Positions 17,198 to 26,985 of a DNA stretch of 44,834 nucleotides are shown here, piece after piece. Made by a program: the position numbers and the translations under genes. The stretch comes from a virus. Its lineage: Duplodnaviria; Caudoviricetes. Positions within the stretch are counted from its first letter, which is position 1; each line of letters opens with the position of its first letter. The DNA is taken from the IMG/VR virus record IMGVR_UViG_3300032234_001101, positions 1 through 44,834 of that record; one strand, given 5' to 3'. The notes under the pieces were generated by a model. That model was not told the DNA's origin, made no database searches, and was given only the letters and a program-made list of their open reading frames with translations.

Positions 17198-17581
17198 ATG
17201 CCCCGCAGCGCACCCACTCCCTGTCGCTATCCAGGGTGCGCAGCCGTGGTGGCAACGCCAGGGTTTTGCGAGGCGCACAGGCAGCTGACTCATCGCGATT
17301 ACGGGCGCGCGCGGCGCGGTTTCGATGCCGAGGTGGGCTTCTACCAATCACGGCAGTGGCGCTCGGTGCGGGCTGCCTTCTTGCGTGAGCACCCGTTGTG
17401 TGGCGGGTGTGGCGCCAAGGGCCTACTGGTGCCAGCCCGTGTCGTGGATCACGTTCGGCCCATCAAAGACGGTGGCCTACGGTTTGACAAAGCAAACTTG
17501 CAGTCGCTGTGCGTGCCCTGTCACAACAGCAAGACCGCACGCGAGTCAGCGGCGCGGTCGGGTCCCCCCAGGGGGGGATGA
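17198..17581 (+). CDS. HNH endonuclease (HK97 gp74-like packaging cofactor)
   Basis: HPLCGGC...VVDHVRP...NLQSLCVPCHNSKT, immediately before the small terminase. Confidence 0.9.
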   Translation: MPRSAPTPCRYPGCAAVVATPGFCEAHRQLTHRDYGRARRGFDAEVGFYQSRQWRSVRAAFLREHPLCGGCGAKGLLVPARVVDHVRPIKDGGLRFDKANLQSLCVPCHNSKTARESAARSGPPRGG

Positions 17582-17665
17582 ATCTCTACGGTTGGCAAGC
17601 CGCGATGCGCTCGCCTGCCCAAATTTTTCCGCGTGCAAATTGAAACAGGGGGGGATCCCCCCGGA
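17562..17665. other. Probable cos region
   Basis: C/G runs (CCCCCAGGGGGGG; GGGGGGGATCCCCCC) at the HNH-terS junction, where HK97-like phages place cos. The cut site cannot be determined. Confidence 0.5.
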
Positions 17666-17676
17666 TGGGGACATTC

Positions 17677-18138
17677 ATGGCTGGTCGTAAGCCGCTGCCG
17701 ACCAAGGTCAAGCAGATCAAAGGAACGCTCCAGAAGTGCCGCACCAACCTGCGGGAACCCAAGCCCCAAGGGGATCTGGTCGACCCCCCGGATTACATGC
17801 CTGAGGGGGCCAAGGCCGCCTGGCGCTATGCACTCGGATGCGCGCCGCCCCACCTGCTCAAGCGTCTTGACATGTCGGTCCTGGAAATCTGGGCCTGCGC
17901 CGCAGACCTGTACCGCAAAGCCCAGGCAGGCATCGCCAAGACGGGTTTGCTGGTTAAGGCTCCCAACACAGGGGTGCCGATGCAGTCCCCTTACTTGGCC
18001 ATCGCTAACAAGCAGGCTCAGATCATGACCAAGGCAGCCACCGAGATGGGCTTCACGCCAGCATCACGTTCTAGGGTCGTATTGCCGATTGAGTCTGCCG
18101 AAGACGCTTTCGATCCCTGGGCGGATATTGCTGGTTAA
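17677..18138 (+). CDS. terS: Terminase small subunit, P27 family
   Basis: MAGRKPLPT...KQIKG, QSPYLAIANK, EMGFTPASRSR. Confidence 0.92.
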   Translation: MAGRKPLPTKVKQIKGTLQKCRTNLREPKPQGDLVDPPDYMPEGAKAAWRYALGCAPPHLLKRLDMSVLEIWACAADLYRKAQAGIAKTGLLVKAPNTGVPMQSPYLAIANKQAQIMTKAATEMGFTPASRSRVVLPIESAEDAFDPWADIAG

Positions 18139-18157
18139 AGGAAGTGGGAATCGCTTT

Positions 18158-18922
18158 TCAGCTCGATTTGAACTTTTTCAGAGCTGCCTGTGCTTTCCTC
18201 TTTGAGCTGCAGAAATAAAAGCTATAGGTAGACGACATACCCGGTGCGCTGTCTGGCGAGGCCGATTCCTCAGCGTCTGAAAGAGCGTCAACCTCTTCTA
18301 GGAGTCCGTCAAACGGCTCACGCTCATCGAAATTTGGGTCGTTAGCGTCCTCGAGTACCTGCGCCCAGCGCGAATTAAAGACATCGCAGAGCAGCCCCCC
18401 TTCGGCATGACGGAAAGTTTTATCCACCATGAGCAGGAGGTGGTCGCAGTTGTCCGTCGTGTCGCAGTATGGGCAATGGACCTCGTCGTCACTCTCGTCG
18501 TCTTCACCGTCTGGTTCTTCGCCGTCTTCGTAGACGTTGTCCCAGTTGGATCGGGCAAAAGAAATTGCAGCCGCCTCGTCTAGGAAATAACCGACGGGAT
18601 CAGATTCGACAGCCCAGACCCAAAAGACGCCGTGATATTCGTTTACACGTACTGGCCAGTTGTCGCTGTCGTTATGAATGAAGCCTGACCAGACGGTAGT
18701 CGCTTGATTGACGATGGTGTCGAGGAAAAGGTCGTGCACTGTCGCACCGAGGTCGCCTTCGAGCTTTCCCGCTTTCATCAACTTGAGTGCCTCTGGGTAG
18801 CTCTCGCTGCCGACTTCTTTCTTCAGAAGCGCCTGGACCGAGCGGCTTTTCGCGAGCACTTTGCATGCCTCGGTCAGATCGACGGTGCCAGCTGAAAAGC
18901 CCTTGTCCATGTTGTTCCCCAT
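18158..18922 (-). CDS. Antisense moron: acidic hypothetical protein with CPYC...CDH (254 aa)
   Basis: Only long ORF between terS and terL. Visibly more AT-rich. Acidic tract EDGEEPDGEDDESDDE. Confidence 0.75.
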   Translation of the reverse strand: MGNNMDKGFSAGTVDLTEACKVLAKSRSVQALLKKEVGSESYPEALKLMKAGKLEGDLGATVHDLFLDTIVNQATTVWSGFIHNDSDNWPVRVNEYHGVFWVWAVESDPVGYFLDEAAAISFARSNWDNVYEDGEEPDGEDDESDDEVHCPYCDTTDNCDHLLLMVDKTFRHAEGGLLCDVFNSRWAQVLEDANDPNFDEREPFDGLLEEVDALSDAEESASPDSAPGMSSTYSFYFCSSKRKAQAALKKFKSS

Positions 18923-19008
18923 TTGCTCGGTACTACCAAATGGTAGTGCAGCTTTAAGCGTGAGCCCGAATCAAACGGCCAGCGGCCGTCTACCTTCCGA
19001 GTCTCCAT

Positions 19009-20724
19009 TTGTCCAAAAAAGGTTCATATTCAGAGGTGGCGAGCCGTTACGCCGAGCAGGTGGTGGCAAGGGAGATCCTGGCTTGCCGCTGGGTGCAGCG
19101 GGCCTGCCAGCGACAACTGGATGACCTTGCCAAGTTCAAAGGAAAAGCCAGTCCCTACCTTTTCAACCCCAAGCTCACGGACAAGGACGGCAGGGGCTTC
19201 CAGCCTGCTGACAACATGTGCGCATTCATCGAGCGCTTGCCCCATGTGAAAGGGCCGCTGGCAGGCGAGCCGATTCACCTGGAGCCCTGGCAGGCCTTCA
19301 TCCTGACAACGGTGTTCGGATGGGTCAAACCCAATGGCACGCGGCGCTTTCGGCGCTCGTACATCGAGGTGCCCCGGGGTAACGCCAAGTCGACCCTGTC
19401 GTCGGCCGTGGCCCTCTACATGCTGGCGGCCGACCGTGAAGGCGGTGCCGAGGTGTATTCGCTGGCAACCACGCGAGACCAGGCAAGGATCGTCTTTGGC
19501 GACGCCCAGACCATGGCCAGACGCAGCCCGGGATTTCGGCGCAGGTTTTCGGTGGAGGTCGGCGCACACAACATGCATGTGCTGGCCTCAGGCTCCAAGT
19601 TTGAGGCACTATCGGCTGAAGGCTCGACCCTGGACGGTCTGAACATCCACTTCGGATGCGTGGACGAACTACACGCACACAAGACCCGCACCGTCTACGA
19701 CGTGGTCGAAACTGGCACAGGCAAGCGAGACAACTCGCTCCTCTGGGTGATCACCACTGCAGGGAGTAATCGAGCCGGCATCTGCTACGAGGTCCGGACC
19801 TTCGTGACCAAGTTGCTCGATGGCGTGTTTGAAGATGACACCCAGTTCGGAATCATCTACGGCTTGGACGATGGGGACGACTGGACATCCGAGAGTGCGC
19901 TAGTCAAGGCCAATCCCAACTGGGGCATCTCGGTACGGCCGGAAGTCCTGGTGCCGCTGCAGGCCAAGGCCATGCAGTTGCCCAGCGCTGTCAACAACTT
20001 CAAGACCAAGCACCTCAATGAGTGGGTCAACGCGGATACCGCCTGGATGGACATGCGGGCCTGGGATGCCTGCGGCGACTCGACTCTGGACATCGAGGCC
20101 TTCACTGGCCAGCCTTGCTGGATTGGACTGGATCTGGCCAGCAAGACGGACATCGCGGCGTTGGTACTGGTGTTTCCGCACCCCGAAGTTGCAGACGCCT
20201 ACGTGGTCTTTGGCAAGTACTGCCTGCCCGAGGACACGGTAGCCGCCGCGGGCAACAGCCAGTACGACGGCTGGAGGCGCACTGGACGTCTGACCGTGAC
20301 ACCTGGAAACGTGATCGATTTCGGCTGGATTGAGGCAGACCTCCTGGAGATGGCCTCTCGGTTTGAGGTGCAAGCAGTGGCCTTTGACCCGTTCCAGGCC
20401 ACGCAACTCTCGACCCGGATGCTGGCTGAAGGCCTGCCCATGATCGAAGTGCGTCCAACGGTGCTGAATTTCAGTGAGCCGATGAAGACGCTCGAAGCCC
20501 TGGTGCTTCAGAGAAAGCTCACCCATGACGGCGATCCGGTGCTCACCTGGATGGCCAGCAACGTGGTGGCGCATCTGGACGTCAAAGACAACATTTACCC
20601 ACGCAAGGAGCGGGCAGAGAACAAGATCGACGGCATCGTGGCACTGATCATGGCGCTCTCGAGGGCTATCAAGCCCGGGGAGAACGTGGTGCTGGGATCC
20701 GACTACGAGTTGATGCTGCTCTGA
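19009..20724 (+). CDS. terL: Terminase large subunit
   Basis: LEPWQAF, Walker A PRGNAKST, Walker B CVDELHAH, ITTAG, nuclease GLDLAS, KIDGIVA. Confidence 0.96.
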   Translation: MSKKGSYSEVASRYAEQVVAREILACRWVQRACQRQLDDLAKFKGKASPYLFNPKLTDKDGRGFQPADNMCAFIERLPHVKGPLAGEPIHLEPWQAFILTTVFGWVKPNGTRRFRRSYIEVPRGNAKSTLSSAVALYMLAADREGGAEVYSLATTRDQARIVFGDAQTMARRSPGFRRRFSVEVGAHNMHVLASGSKFEALSAEGSTLDGLNIHFGCVDELHAHKTRTVYDVVETGTGKRDNSLLWVITTAGSNRAGICYEVRTFVTKLLDGVFEDDTQFGIIYGLDDGDDWTSESALVKANPNWGISVRPEVLVPLQAKAMQLPSAVNNFKTKHLNEWVNADTAWMDMRAWDACGDSTLDIEAFTGQPCWIGLDLASKTDIAALVLVFPHPEVADAYVVFGKYCLPEDTVAAAGNSQYDGWRRTGRLTVTPGNVIDFGWIEADLLEMASRFEVQAVAFDPFQATQLSTRMLAEGLPMIEVRPTVLNFSEPMKTLEALVLQRKLTHDGDPVLTWMASNVVAHLDVKDNIYPRKERAENKIDGIVALIMALSRAIKPGENVVLGSDYELMLL

Positions 20725-20728
20725 GCTG

Positions 20729-22267
20729 ATGGGAATACTGAGCTTTTTTGACCGATTTCGGGCGTCCAGTGATGACCGCTCAGCTTGGGGCGATTTTTGG
20801 TTTTCAGCAGTGACGACACGCAGCGTTTCCGGCATGCGGGTCTCGGCCGATTCGGCCATGCGCCTGGCAGCTGTCTACGCCTGCGTGCGGATCCTCTCGG
20901 AAACGATGGCATCGCTTCCCTTGGTTCTTTATCGCCAGCGCAAGGACGGCGGCAAGGACCGGGTGACCGACCACTGGCTGTACCAGGTGCTGGCCAAACG
21001 CCCCAACCGCTACCAGAACCCTTTCGAGTGGCGAGAAATGCTCCAAGGGCACCTGGCCCTTCGTGGCAACGCCTTCTGCCAGATCATCACCGATGGCCGT
21101 GGCGAAATCACCCAACTTGTTCCCATCCACCCCGATCGGGTGCGGATGGAACTGCTTGATAGCGGGGAATACCGCTACCGGGTGCGCAACCAGGGTGGTC
21201 AGGAGATGCTGCTGCCCCGGGGACAGGTCTGGCACCTGCGGGGCCTATCCTCAGATGGGCTTTTTGGCCTGAGCCCCATCGAATTGGCTCGGGAAAGCCT
21301 GGGGATGGCGCTGGCTGCCCAGGACTATGGCGCCCGGTTCTTTAACAACGACGCCAAGCCCACGGGCGGGTGGATTGAGTTTCCCGGGACCTTCAAGGAT
21401 CAGGAGGCCAAGCGGGTGTTCCGCGAGTCCTACCAGGCGGCCCAGTCAGGGGCCAACCGGGGCAAGGTGCTCGTTCTTGAAAACGGCATGAAGTTCCATG
21501 AGGTGGGCGTCACAAACAAGGAAGCTCAGTTTCTGGAGCTGCGCAAGTTTCAGATCACGGACATCGCGCGCCTGTTTCGGGTGCCGCCGCACATGATCGC
21601 GGACCTGGACAGGGCAACGTTTTCCAACATCGAGCAGCAGAGCCTGGAGTTCGTCATGCACACCATGACGCCCTGGGCCGAGCGCTGGGAAGCGGCTATC
21701 GAGGCGGACTTGATGCTCGATGGCGATGAGCTGGAGGTCGAGTTCGACTTTGCCAACCTCATGCGCGGGGATGCGGCCAGCCGCTCGGCCTACTACCAAA
21801 GTGGGATCCAGAACGGGTGGCTAACCCGCAATGAGGCGCGAGTTGCGGAAAACCTTAATCCAATCGACGGGCTGGACCAGCCGCTTCGGCCGCTGAACAT
21901 GGTGCAAGAGGAGGACGCCCAAGAAGTGGACGAAGCTGCTGAGGCTCAGCAGGGTGAGCCCCCTGAGCTGTGGGGAGGCGAGGGCGATCACGACCGAAGT
22001 GAAGACGCCCAAGCGCCTCCCAACCCCTTGCTCCAGCGCCTTAGGCGTCTGGTCGAGGCCAACGCCGGGCGCCTGGCCCGGCGAATCAGCAAAAAGGCGG
22101 GCCCCGGCGCCTCGGCGCTTTCTCTTGCACCGCCAGATCTGGAGCTAATTGCCGCGGCTCTGGGCCGCGATCTGGCAGCGGTTCAGGCCTGGGCCTGCGA
22201 CCTGCCGATACCCCTAAACGAAGCTGCCCTTGTGGCAGCACTCATCGACCTTGGAACCCACGAATGA
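20729..22267 (+). CDS. Portal protein, HK97 family
   Basis: AVYACVRILSETMASLPL, LRGNAF, IARLFRVPPHMI, NIEQQ, TRNEAR. Confidence 0.95.
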   Translation: MGILSFFDRFRASSDDRSAWGDFWFSAVTTRSVSGMRVSADSAMRLAAVYACVRILSETMASLPLVLYRQRKDGGKDRVTDHWLYQVLAKRPNRYQNPFEWREMLQGHLALRGNAFCQIITDGRGEITQLVPIHPDRVRMELLDSGEYRYRVRNQGGQEMLLPRGQVWHLRGLSSDGLFGLSPIELARESLGMALAAQDYGARFFNNDAKPTGGWIEFPGTFKDQEAKRVFRESYQAAQSGANRGKVLVLENGMKFHEVGVTNKEAQFLELRKFQITDIARLFRVPPHMIADLDRATFSNIEQQSLEFVMHTMTPWAERWEAAIEADLMLDGDELEVEFDFANLMRGDAASRSAYYQSGIQNGWLTRNEARVAENLNPIDGLDQPLRPLNMVQEEDAQEVDEAAEAQQGEPPELWGGEGDHDRSEDAQAPPNPLLQRLRRLVEANAGRLARRISKKAGPGASALSLAPPDLELIAAALGRDLAAVQAWACDLPIPLNEAALVAALIDLGTHE

Positions 22268-23190
22268 ACAAGCAGCTGCTCCTAAGCGAGTTTTTGACCA
22301 CGCCTTGGGCCCTGATGCCCGAGCGCCTGCAGGCCATGACCGGGGTGCTTTCCCGCTGGCAGGCGGGCGATCTACCCTCTGAGGAGACCATGCTCCAGGT
22401 CAATGCCGACCGGCTGATCCGGGAGAGCCGCAAGCAGTTTGCCTCGGCCAATGCCGGGGCTGGCATTGCCGTTCTGCCCTTGTACGGTGTGGTGACCCAG
22501 CGAGGCAACATGGTCGATGACATCTCAGGCCCGGGCAGCACCAGCACCCAGCAGTTCGCCGCCGCCCTGCGCCAGGTGCTTGCCGACGAAACAGTGGGCC
22601 AAATCCTCATCGATATCGATAGCCCCGGTGGCAGCGTTTACGGGGTGGCTGAACTGGCCGCTGAAATCACCCGGGCCCGCACCCAAAAGCCGGTGATTGC
22701 TGTGGCCAACAGCCTGGCGGCATCGGCCGCCTACTGGATTGGATGCGCGGCCAGCGAGTTCTACGTTACCCCGGGCGGAGAGGTGGGCTCGATTGGCGTC
22801 TGGCAGGCCCACTTCGACTACTCCAAGGCGCTGGAAGAGGATGGGGTCAAACCCACCCTCATCTCAGCGGGTAAGTACAAGGTCGAGGGTAACCCTTATG
22901 TACCGCTGGACGCCGAGGCTCAGACCTTCATGCAGTCCCGCGTCGATGACTACTACGACGCATTCGTCAAAGCCGTGGCCAAGGGCCGTGGCGTATCGGT
23001 TGCTGAGGTACGAGACGGCATGGGCCAGGGCCGTGTCCTTGGCGCAGATGCTGCGCTTGTCCAGAAGATGGTTGACGGCATCGCCACCTTCGACGAAGTC
23101 CTGACTCAGATGCAAAAGAAAGCCCGTGCGTCTCAAGTCAAGGGCGCCACCCGCCTGGCACAGGCGCGCGCATCCCTCGTCCTGATCTAA
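22264..23190 (+). CDS. S49 (SppA/ClpP-like) prohead protease
   Basis: DIDSPGG, AASAAYWIG, GSIGV, SAGKYK. Confidence 0.92.
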   Translation: MNKQLLLSEFLTTPWALMPERLQAMTGVLSRWQAGDLPSEETMLQVNADRLIRESRKQFASANAGAGIAVLPLYGVVTQRGNMVDDISGPGSTSTQQFAAALRQVLADETVGQILIDIDSPGGSVYGVAELAAEITRARTQKPVIAVANSLAASAAYWIGCAASEFYVTPGGEVGSIGVWQAHFDYSKALEEDGVKPTLISAGKYKVEGNPYVPLDAEAQTFMQSRVDDYYDAFVKAVAKGRGVSVAEVRDGMGQGRVLGADAALVQKMVDGIATFDEVLTQMQKKARASQVKGATRLAQARASLVLI

Positions 23191-23285
23191 CCCACGCCAT
23201 CCGCCGCACTCCATAGAGGGCGGCAGAAACCGCGACCCGTTGGTCGCACCTCCCATGCGGCCCGTAGGTCGCATCCAACCCAAGC

Positions 23286-23318
23286 AACCGCCTCGAGTCT
23301 TTGACCGGGCGGTTTTTT
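23286..23318 (+). terminator. Terminator-like hairpin before the major capsid gene
   Basis: AACCGCCTCG...CGGGCGGTT running into a T tract. Confidence 0.55.
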
Positions 23319-23336
23319 CATTTCTGGAGAGAACCT

Positions 23337-24677
23337 ATGAGTAAGCAACTGCGCGAGCTTCAAGCTCGCAAGACCGCCCTGGTCAAGGACGCCCGCAACC
23401 TGACCGAGATCGCTGCGGCCGAACAGCGCGACATGAACGAGCAAGAAGTCGTTGCCTTCGAGGCCCTCAAAGCCAAGATCGAGGCAACTTCGGCCGCCAT
23501 TGACCGCGAGGCCGCCCTGATCGCGGAAGAGGCCCAGATGGCGCACCTTCCTTCACATGTCCCGAACCTGGCCGCTGGTGCCACCGGCAACCCCGTCATC
23601 TCTGTCTCCGACAACCTCGAGGCCGACCCCAAGCACGGGTTCAAGTCCGTGGGCGAGTTCCTTAAAACCGTCTGCCAGGCCCACAAGCCTGGTGCGAGTA
23701 TTGATGAGCGGCTCATTGTGGGCTCGGGCCGCAACGCAGCCGCGCCCACCACCTTCGGCAGCGAAGGCTCGGCCCAGGATGGCGGCTTTTTGGTACCTCC
23801 CCAGTTTGCGCAGGAAATCTTTCAGCTCTCCTTGGGCGAGGACTCCCTGCTGCCGCTGACCGACAACGTCGAGATCACCGGCAACACCATGGCGTTCCCC
23901 AAGGACGAGACCACACCCTGGGGTAGTAACGGTATCCGTGCCTTCTGGCAGGGTGAGGCCACCCCGGCGGCGGGCACCAAGCCCGTCCTGGGCCTGGCCA
24001 CGCTACGCCTGAAAAAGCTCATGGCCCTAGTGCCCGTGACCGACGAACTGCTGGACGACACCAATGCGCTATCGACCTACCTGCCCGACAAGATCGCCAA
24101 CTCCATTCGCTGGAAGACCAATGAGTCCATCCTCTTTGGCTCGGGTACAGGCGTTCCTGCCGGCTGCATGACCGCGGCCACCACCGTCACGGTGGCCAAG
24201 GAGTCGGGTCAGGCCACCCAGACTCTTTTGGCCCAGAACCTCGCGAAGATGATCTCGCGCCTGCCTCCTGGTTCGTTTGCCAAGGCGGTGTGGATCGTCA
24301 ATAACGACGTGCTGCCGGCGCTCTTTACCCTGACCCTGGGCAATTACCCGATCTACCTGCCCACGGGCCTGGGCGTGGGCGGCATCCAGGTCTCGCCCTA
24401 CGGCACCTTGCTGGGCCGACCGGTCTTCGTCTCGCAGCATGCCAATTCCTTCTCGGGACAAGGCGACGTGCTGCTGGCTGACCTGTCGTACTACCAGACC
24501 ATCACCAAGGCGGGCGGCATGCAGACGGCGACCTCCATGCACCTGTACTTCGATGCAGACCTGACGGCCTTCAGGACCACTTTCCGCATGGATGGCCAAT
24601 CCAAGATCGCAGCGCCCATCACGCCTGCGAAGGGGAGTTCCAGCCTGTCGCCCTTCGTTCAACTGGGCGCGCGCTGA
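23337..24677 (+). CDS. Major capsid protein, HK97 fold (446 aa)
   Basis: N-terminal coiled-coil delta domain, DGGFLVP, VTDELLDD, TLLGRPV, FRMDG. GGAG RBS. Confidence 0.93.
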   Translation: MSKQLRELQARKTALVKDARNLTEIAAAEQRDMNEQEVVAFEALKAKIEATSAAIDREAALIAEEAQMAHLPSHVPNLAAGATGNPVISVSDNLEADPKHGFKSVGEFLKTVCQAHKPGASIDERLIVGSGRNAAAPTTFGSEGSAQDGGFLVPPQFAQEIFQLSLGEDSLLPLTDNVEITGNTMAFPKDETTPWGSNGIRAFWQGEATPAAGTKPVLGLATLRLKKLMALVPVTDELLDDTNALSTYLPDKIANSIRWKTNESILFGSGTGVPAGCMTAATTVTVAKESGQATQTLLAQNLAKMISRLPPGSFAKAVWIVNNDVLPALFTLTLGNYPIYLPTGLGVGGIQVSPYGTLLGRPVFVSQHANSFSGQGDVLLADLSYYQTITKAGGMQTATSMHLYFDADLTAFRTTFRMDGQSKIAAPITPAKGSSSLSPFVQLGAR

Positions 24678-24704
24678 GCGCCCTAACACTTAAGGAGAAC
24701 ACTC

Positions 24705-25151
24705 ATGTTTCCCAATGCAAAGGGCAGTGAACTGCTCGCCATCCTCGCTACGCTCGATCCCTCTAGCCAAGCTGCCGGAACCGCCACCACAGGTTGGATC
24801 TCAGTGGCCAACCACCACGGTCTTCTGACCATTGTCCAGACCGGCGTGCTCGGCACAGGCGCTACGGTCGATGCCAAGCTCCAGCAGGCCCAAGATGCCT
24901 CGGGCACCGGCGCCAAAGACATCACTGGTAAAGCGATCAGCCAGATCGTCAAGGCCACCGGTGACAACAAGCAGGCGCTCATCAACGTCAAGCCCGAGGA
25001 CCTTGATACGGTCAGTGGCTTTGGCTTTGTACGCCTGTCCGTCACGGTGGGGGTGGCAGCGAGCCAGACCGCCGCGCAGGTCCTGGGTATCAATGGTCGC
25101 GAACTGCCAGCGAACACCGCTAACCAGGCTGCTGTCGTTCAGGTCGTCTGA
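24705..25151 (+). CDS. Putative head decoration/accessory protein (148 aa)
   Basis: Strong AAGGAG RBS, beta-rich sequence, directly after the capsid gene. Confidence 0.55.
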   Translation: MFPNAKGSELLAILATLDPSSQAAGTATTGWISVANHHGLLTIVQTGVLGTGATVDAKLQQAQDASGTGAKDITGKAISQIVKATGDNKQALINVKPEDLDTVSGFGFVRLSVTVGVAASQTAAQVLGINGRELPANTANQAAVVQVV

Positions 25152-25774
25152 TGCCGCTGCAACTCGTCACCCCACCCGCGGAAGAGCCCGTCTCCCTTGC
25201 CGAGGCAAAGCAACACCTGCGGGTGGATGGTGGCGATGATGAGCTGCTGATCGGCTCGCTCATCGGCGCGGCCCGCCAGGCAGCCGAGACAAAGACCGGC
25301 AGGCAGTTGATCACTGCGCGCTGGAAGCTGCTGCTCGATGCCTTTCCTGGGCCGTCGCTGAAGCAATCTGCCACCGGTGCATCATTTAGCTTGCCGGGTC
25401 ACGCGATCCTGCTCGCCAAATGCCCGGTTCAGGCGGTGGTAAGTATCGAGTACATGGACATGAATGGCGCAACGCAGGTGATGCCAGCCGGTGACTATGT
25501 GCTCGATGTTGCCTGCGAGCCGGCACGCCTGACGCCAGTGTTTGGCAAGACCTGGCCGCCTACCTTGCCTCAGATGGGGGCTGTTTCAGTCACCTTTGAT
25601 GCGGGCTACGGCGCTGCCAGTGCAGTGCCCGAGGGTCTCAAAAGCTGGATCAAGTTGCGGGTGGGGAGTCTCTACGGGCATCGGGAAGAGATGTCGGTGC
25701 TCACCCGCGGTCGCATTGATCCCTTGCCCTTTGTGGACGGCCTGCTCGACGGCTTCAAGGTGAGCCTCGTATGA
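25151..25774 (+). CDS. Head-tail connector (gp6-like)
   Basis: EPVSLAEAKQHLRVD and VPEGLKSWIKLRVGSLYGHRE. Confidence 0.88.
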   Translation: MPLQLVTPPAEEPVSLAEAKQHLRVDGGDDELLIGSLIGAARQAAETKTGRQLITARWKLLLDAFPGPSLKQSATGASFSLPGHAILLAKCPVQAVVSIEYMDMNGATQVMPAGDYVLDVACEPARLTPVFGKTWPPTLPQMGAVSVTFDAGYGAASAVPEGLKSWIKLRVGSLYGHREEMSVLTRGRIDPLPFVDGLLDGFKVSLV

Positions 25775-26121
25775 GTGTCATCAGCGCCGGGCAACTGAAT
25801 CACCGCGTGCGTATTCAGCAGCCCACAACCGTCAAAGATGCTATCGGGGCTCCTACGCAGGTCTGGGCAGATGTGGCAACCGTCTGGGCAGACATCCAGC
25901 CCCTTTCGGGACGGGAAGCTCGGATTGCAGACAGGGTGGCAGCGGAGGTGACGCATCAGATCACGGTTCGCTACCGATCCGATCTTGATGATCCCCAGGT
26001 CGTTGCGCGGATGCGTGTGCTCTTTCGAGGCCGGATTTTCTCCGTTCACGCAGCACTCAATGACGATGAGGCCAATGTCGCCATCATCCTTTTGGCAAGC
26101 GAAGGACTTCTAGATGGCTAG
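25771..26121 (+). CDS. Head closure/head-tail adaptor
   Basis: AGQLNHRVRIQ, VWADIQPLSGRE, ITVRYR. Confidence 0.88.
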   Translation: MSVISAGQLNHRVRIQQPTTVKDAIGAPTQVWADVATVWADIQPLSGREARIADRVAAEVTHQITVRYRSDLDDPQVVARMRVLFRGRIFSVHAALNDDEANVAIILLASEGLLDG

Positions 26122-26602
26122 GGTTGAAACCGTACGCATCGAGGGCCTGGCGCAGCTCGATCGCGCGCTTCGGGAACTTCCCCAACGCATCGCCAACCGG
26201 GGACTGCGAGCCTCGGTCTACGCCGGTGCGAAGGTGATCCGCGATGAGGCGCGCTCCCGGGCACCCAAAGCCGCTCAGTCACTTGGTCCTAAGCAACCGC
26301 CACCCGGAACGCTCAAACGCTCGGTGATCATGAAGCACATCCGTGAGCTTTCCGGCGGAGGTTGCCAGACGTTCTATGTGCTGGTACGCCATGGCAAGAA
26401 GTATCGTAACCAGGGCAAACGCGGCAACCTGTCGCAAGACGCCTGGTACTGGCGCTTTGTGGAGTTTGGCACCCGCAAGATGGCCGCCCGACCTTTCCTG
26501 CGTCCGGCGCTTGAGTCCCGCAGACGAGAGGCGGTCGACGCCATCAAGGAGCGCCTGACTGAGCGGATCGAGATCGAGGCCAAAGCCTTGAATGGACGCT
26601 AG
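26114..26602 (+). CDS. HK97 gp10-like tail component
   Basis: IEGLAQL, GTLKRS, YWRFVEFGTRKMAARPFLRPA. Confidence 0.88.
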   Translation: MARVETVRIEGLAQLDRALRELPQRIANRGLRASVYAGAKVIRDEARSRAPKAAQSLGPKQPPPGTLKRSVIMKHIRELSGGGCQTFYVLVRHGKKYRNQGKRGNLSQDAWYWRFVEFGTRKMAARPFLRPALESRRREAVDAIKERLTERIEIEAKALNGR

Positions 26603-26604
26603 CG

Positions 26605-26940
26605 ATGCAGGACTTTTACGACGCCATCAAGCAGTTGGCGGGCGGTCAGGTTTATGCAGTCGTAGCTCCCCAGGACGCTCAGTACCCGACGCTGGTGTAC
26701 ACCCCCATCGATGAGGAACGGGTCATTGCGCTTGACGGCCCCAACCCGCTCAGGCGCTCCCGGGTGCAGGTGGACGCCTATGCCCGAACGCTCGCTGTCT
26801 GCGAACAGTTGCAAGAACAGGTGCTCTCGGCCTTGCTCTCTGACATCAACACCGTGGCCGATGTGCGCATGGGCCTGACCGATTTCGACCCTCAAGCCGG
26901 CATCTACCGGATTTCTGTGGACTTCACCTACTACCGGTAA
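26605..26940 (+). CDS. Tail terminator (DUF3168-like)
   Basis: APQDAQYPTLVY and RVQVDAYA. Position before the tail tube gene. Confidence 0.8.
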   Translation: MQDFYDAIKQLAGGQVYAVVAPQDAQYPTLVYTPIDEERVIALDGPNPLRRSRVQVDAYARTLAVCEQLQEQVLSALLSDINTVADVRMGLTDFDPQAGIYRISVDFTYYR

Positions 26941-26985
26941 CGGTGGTCGTGCGGTCCTTTTTCAAAACCCACCTGGAGGCCTTTC

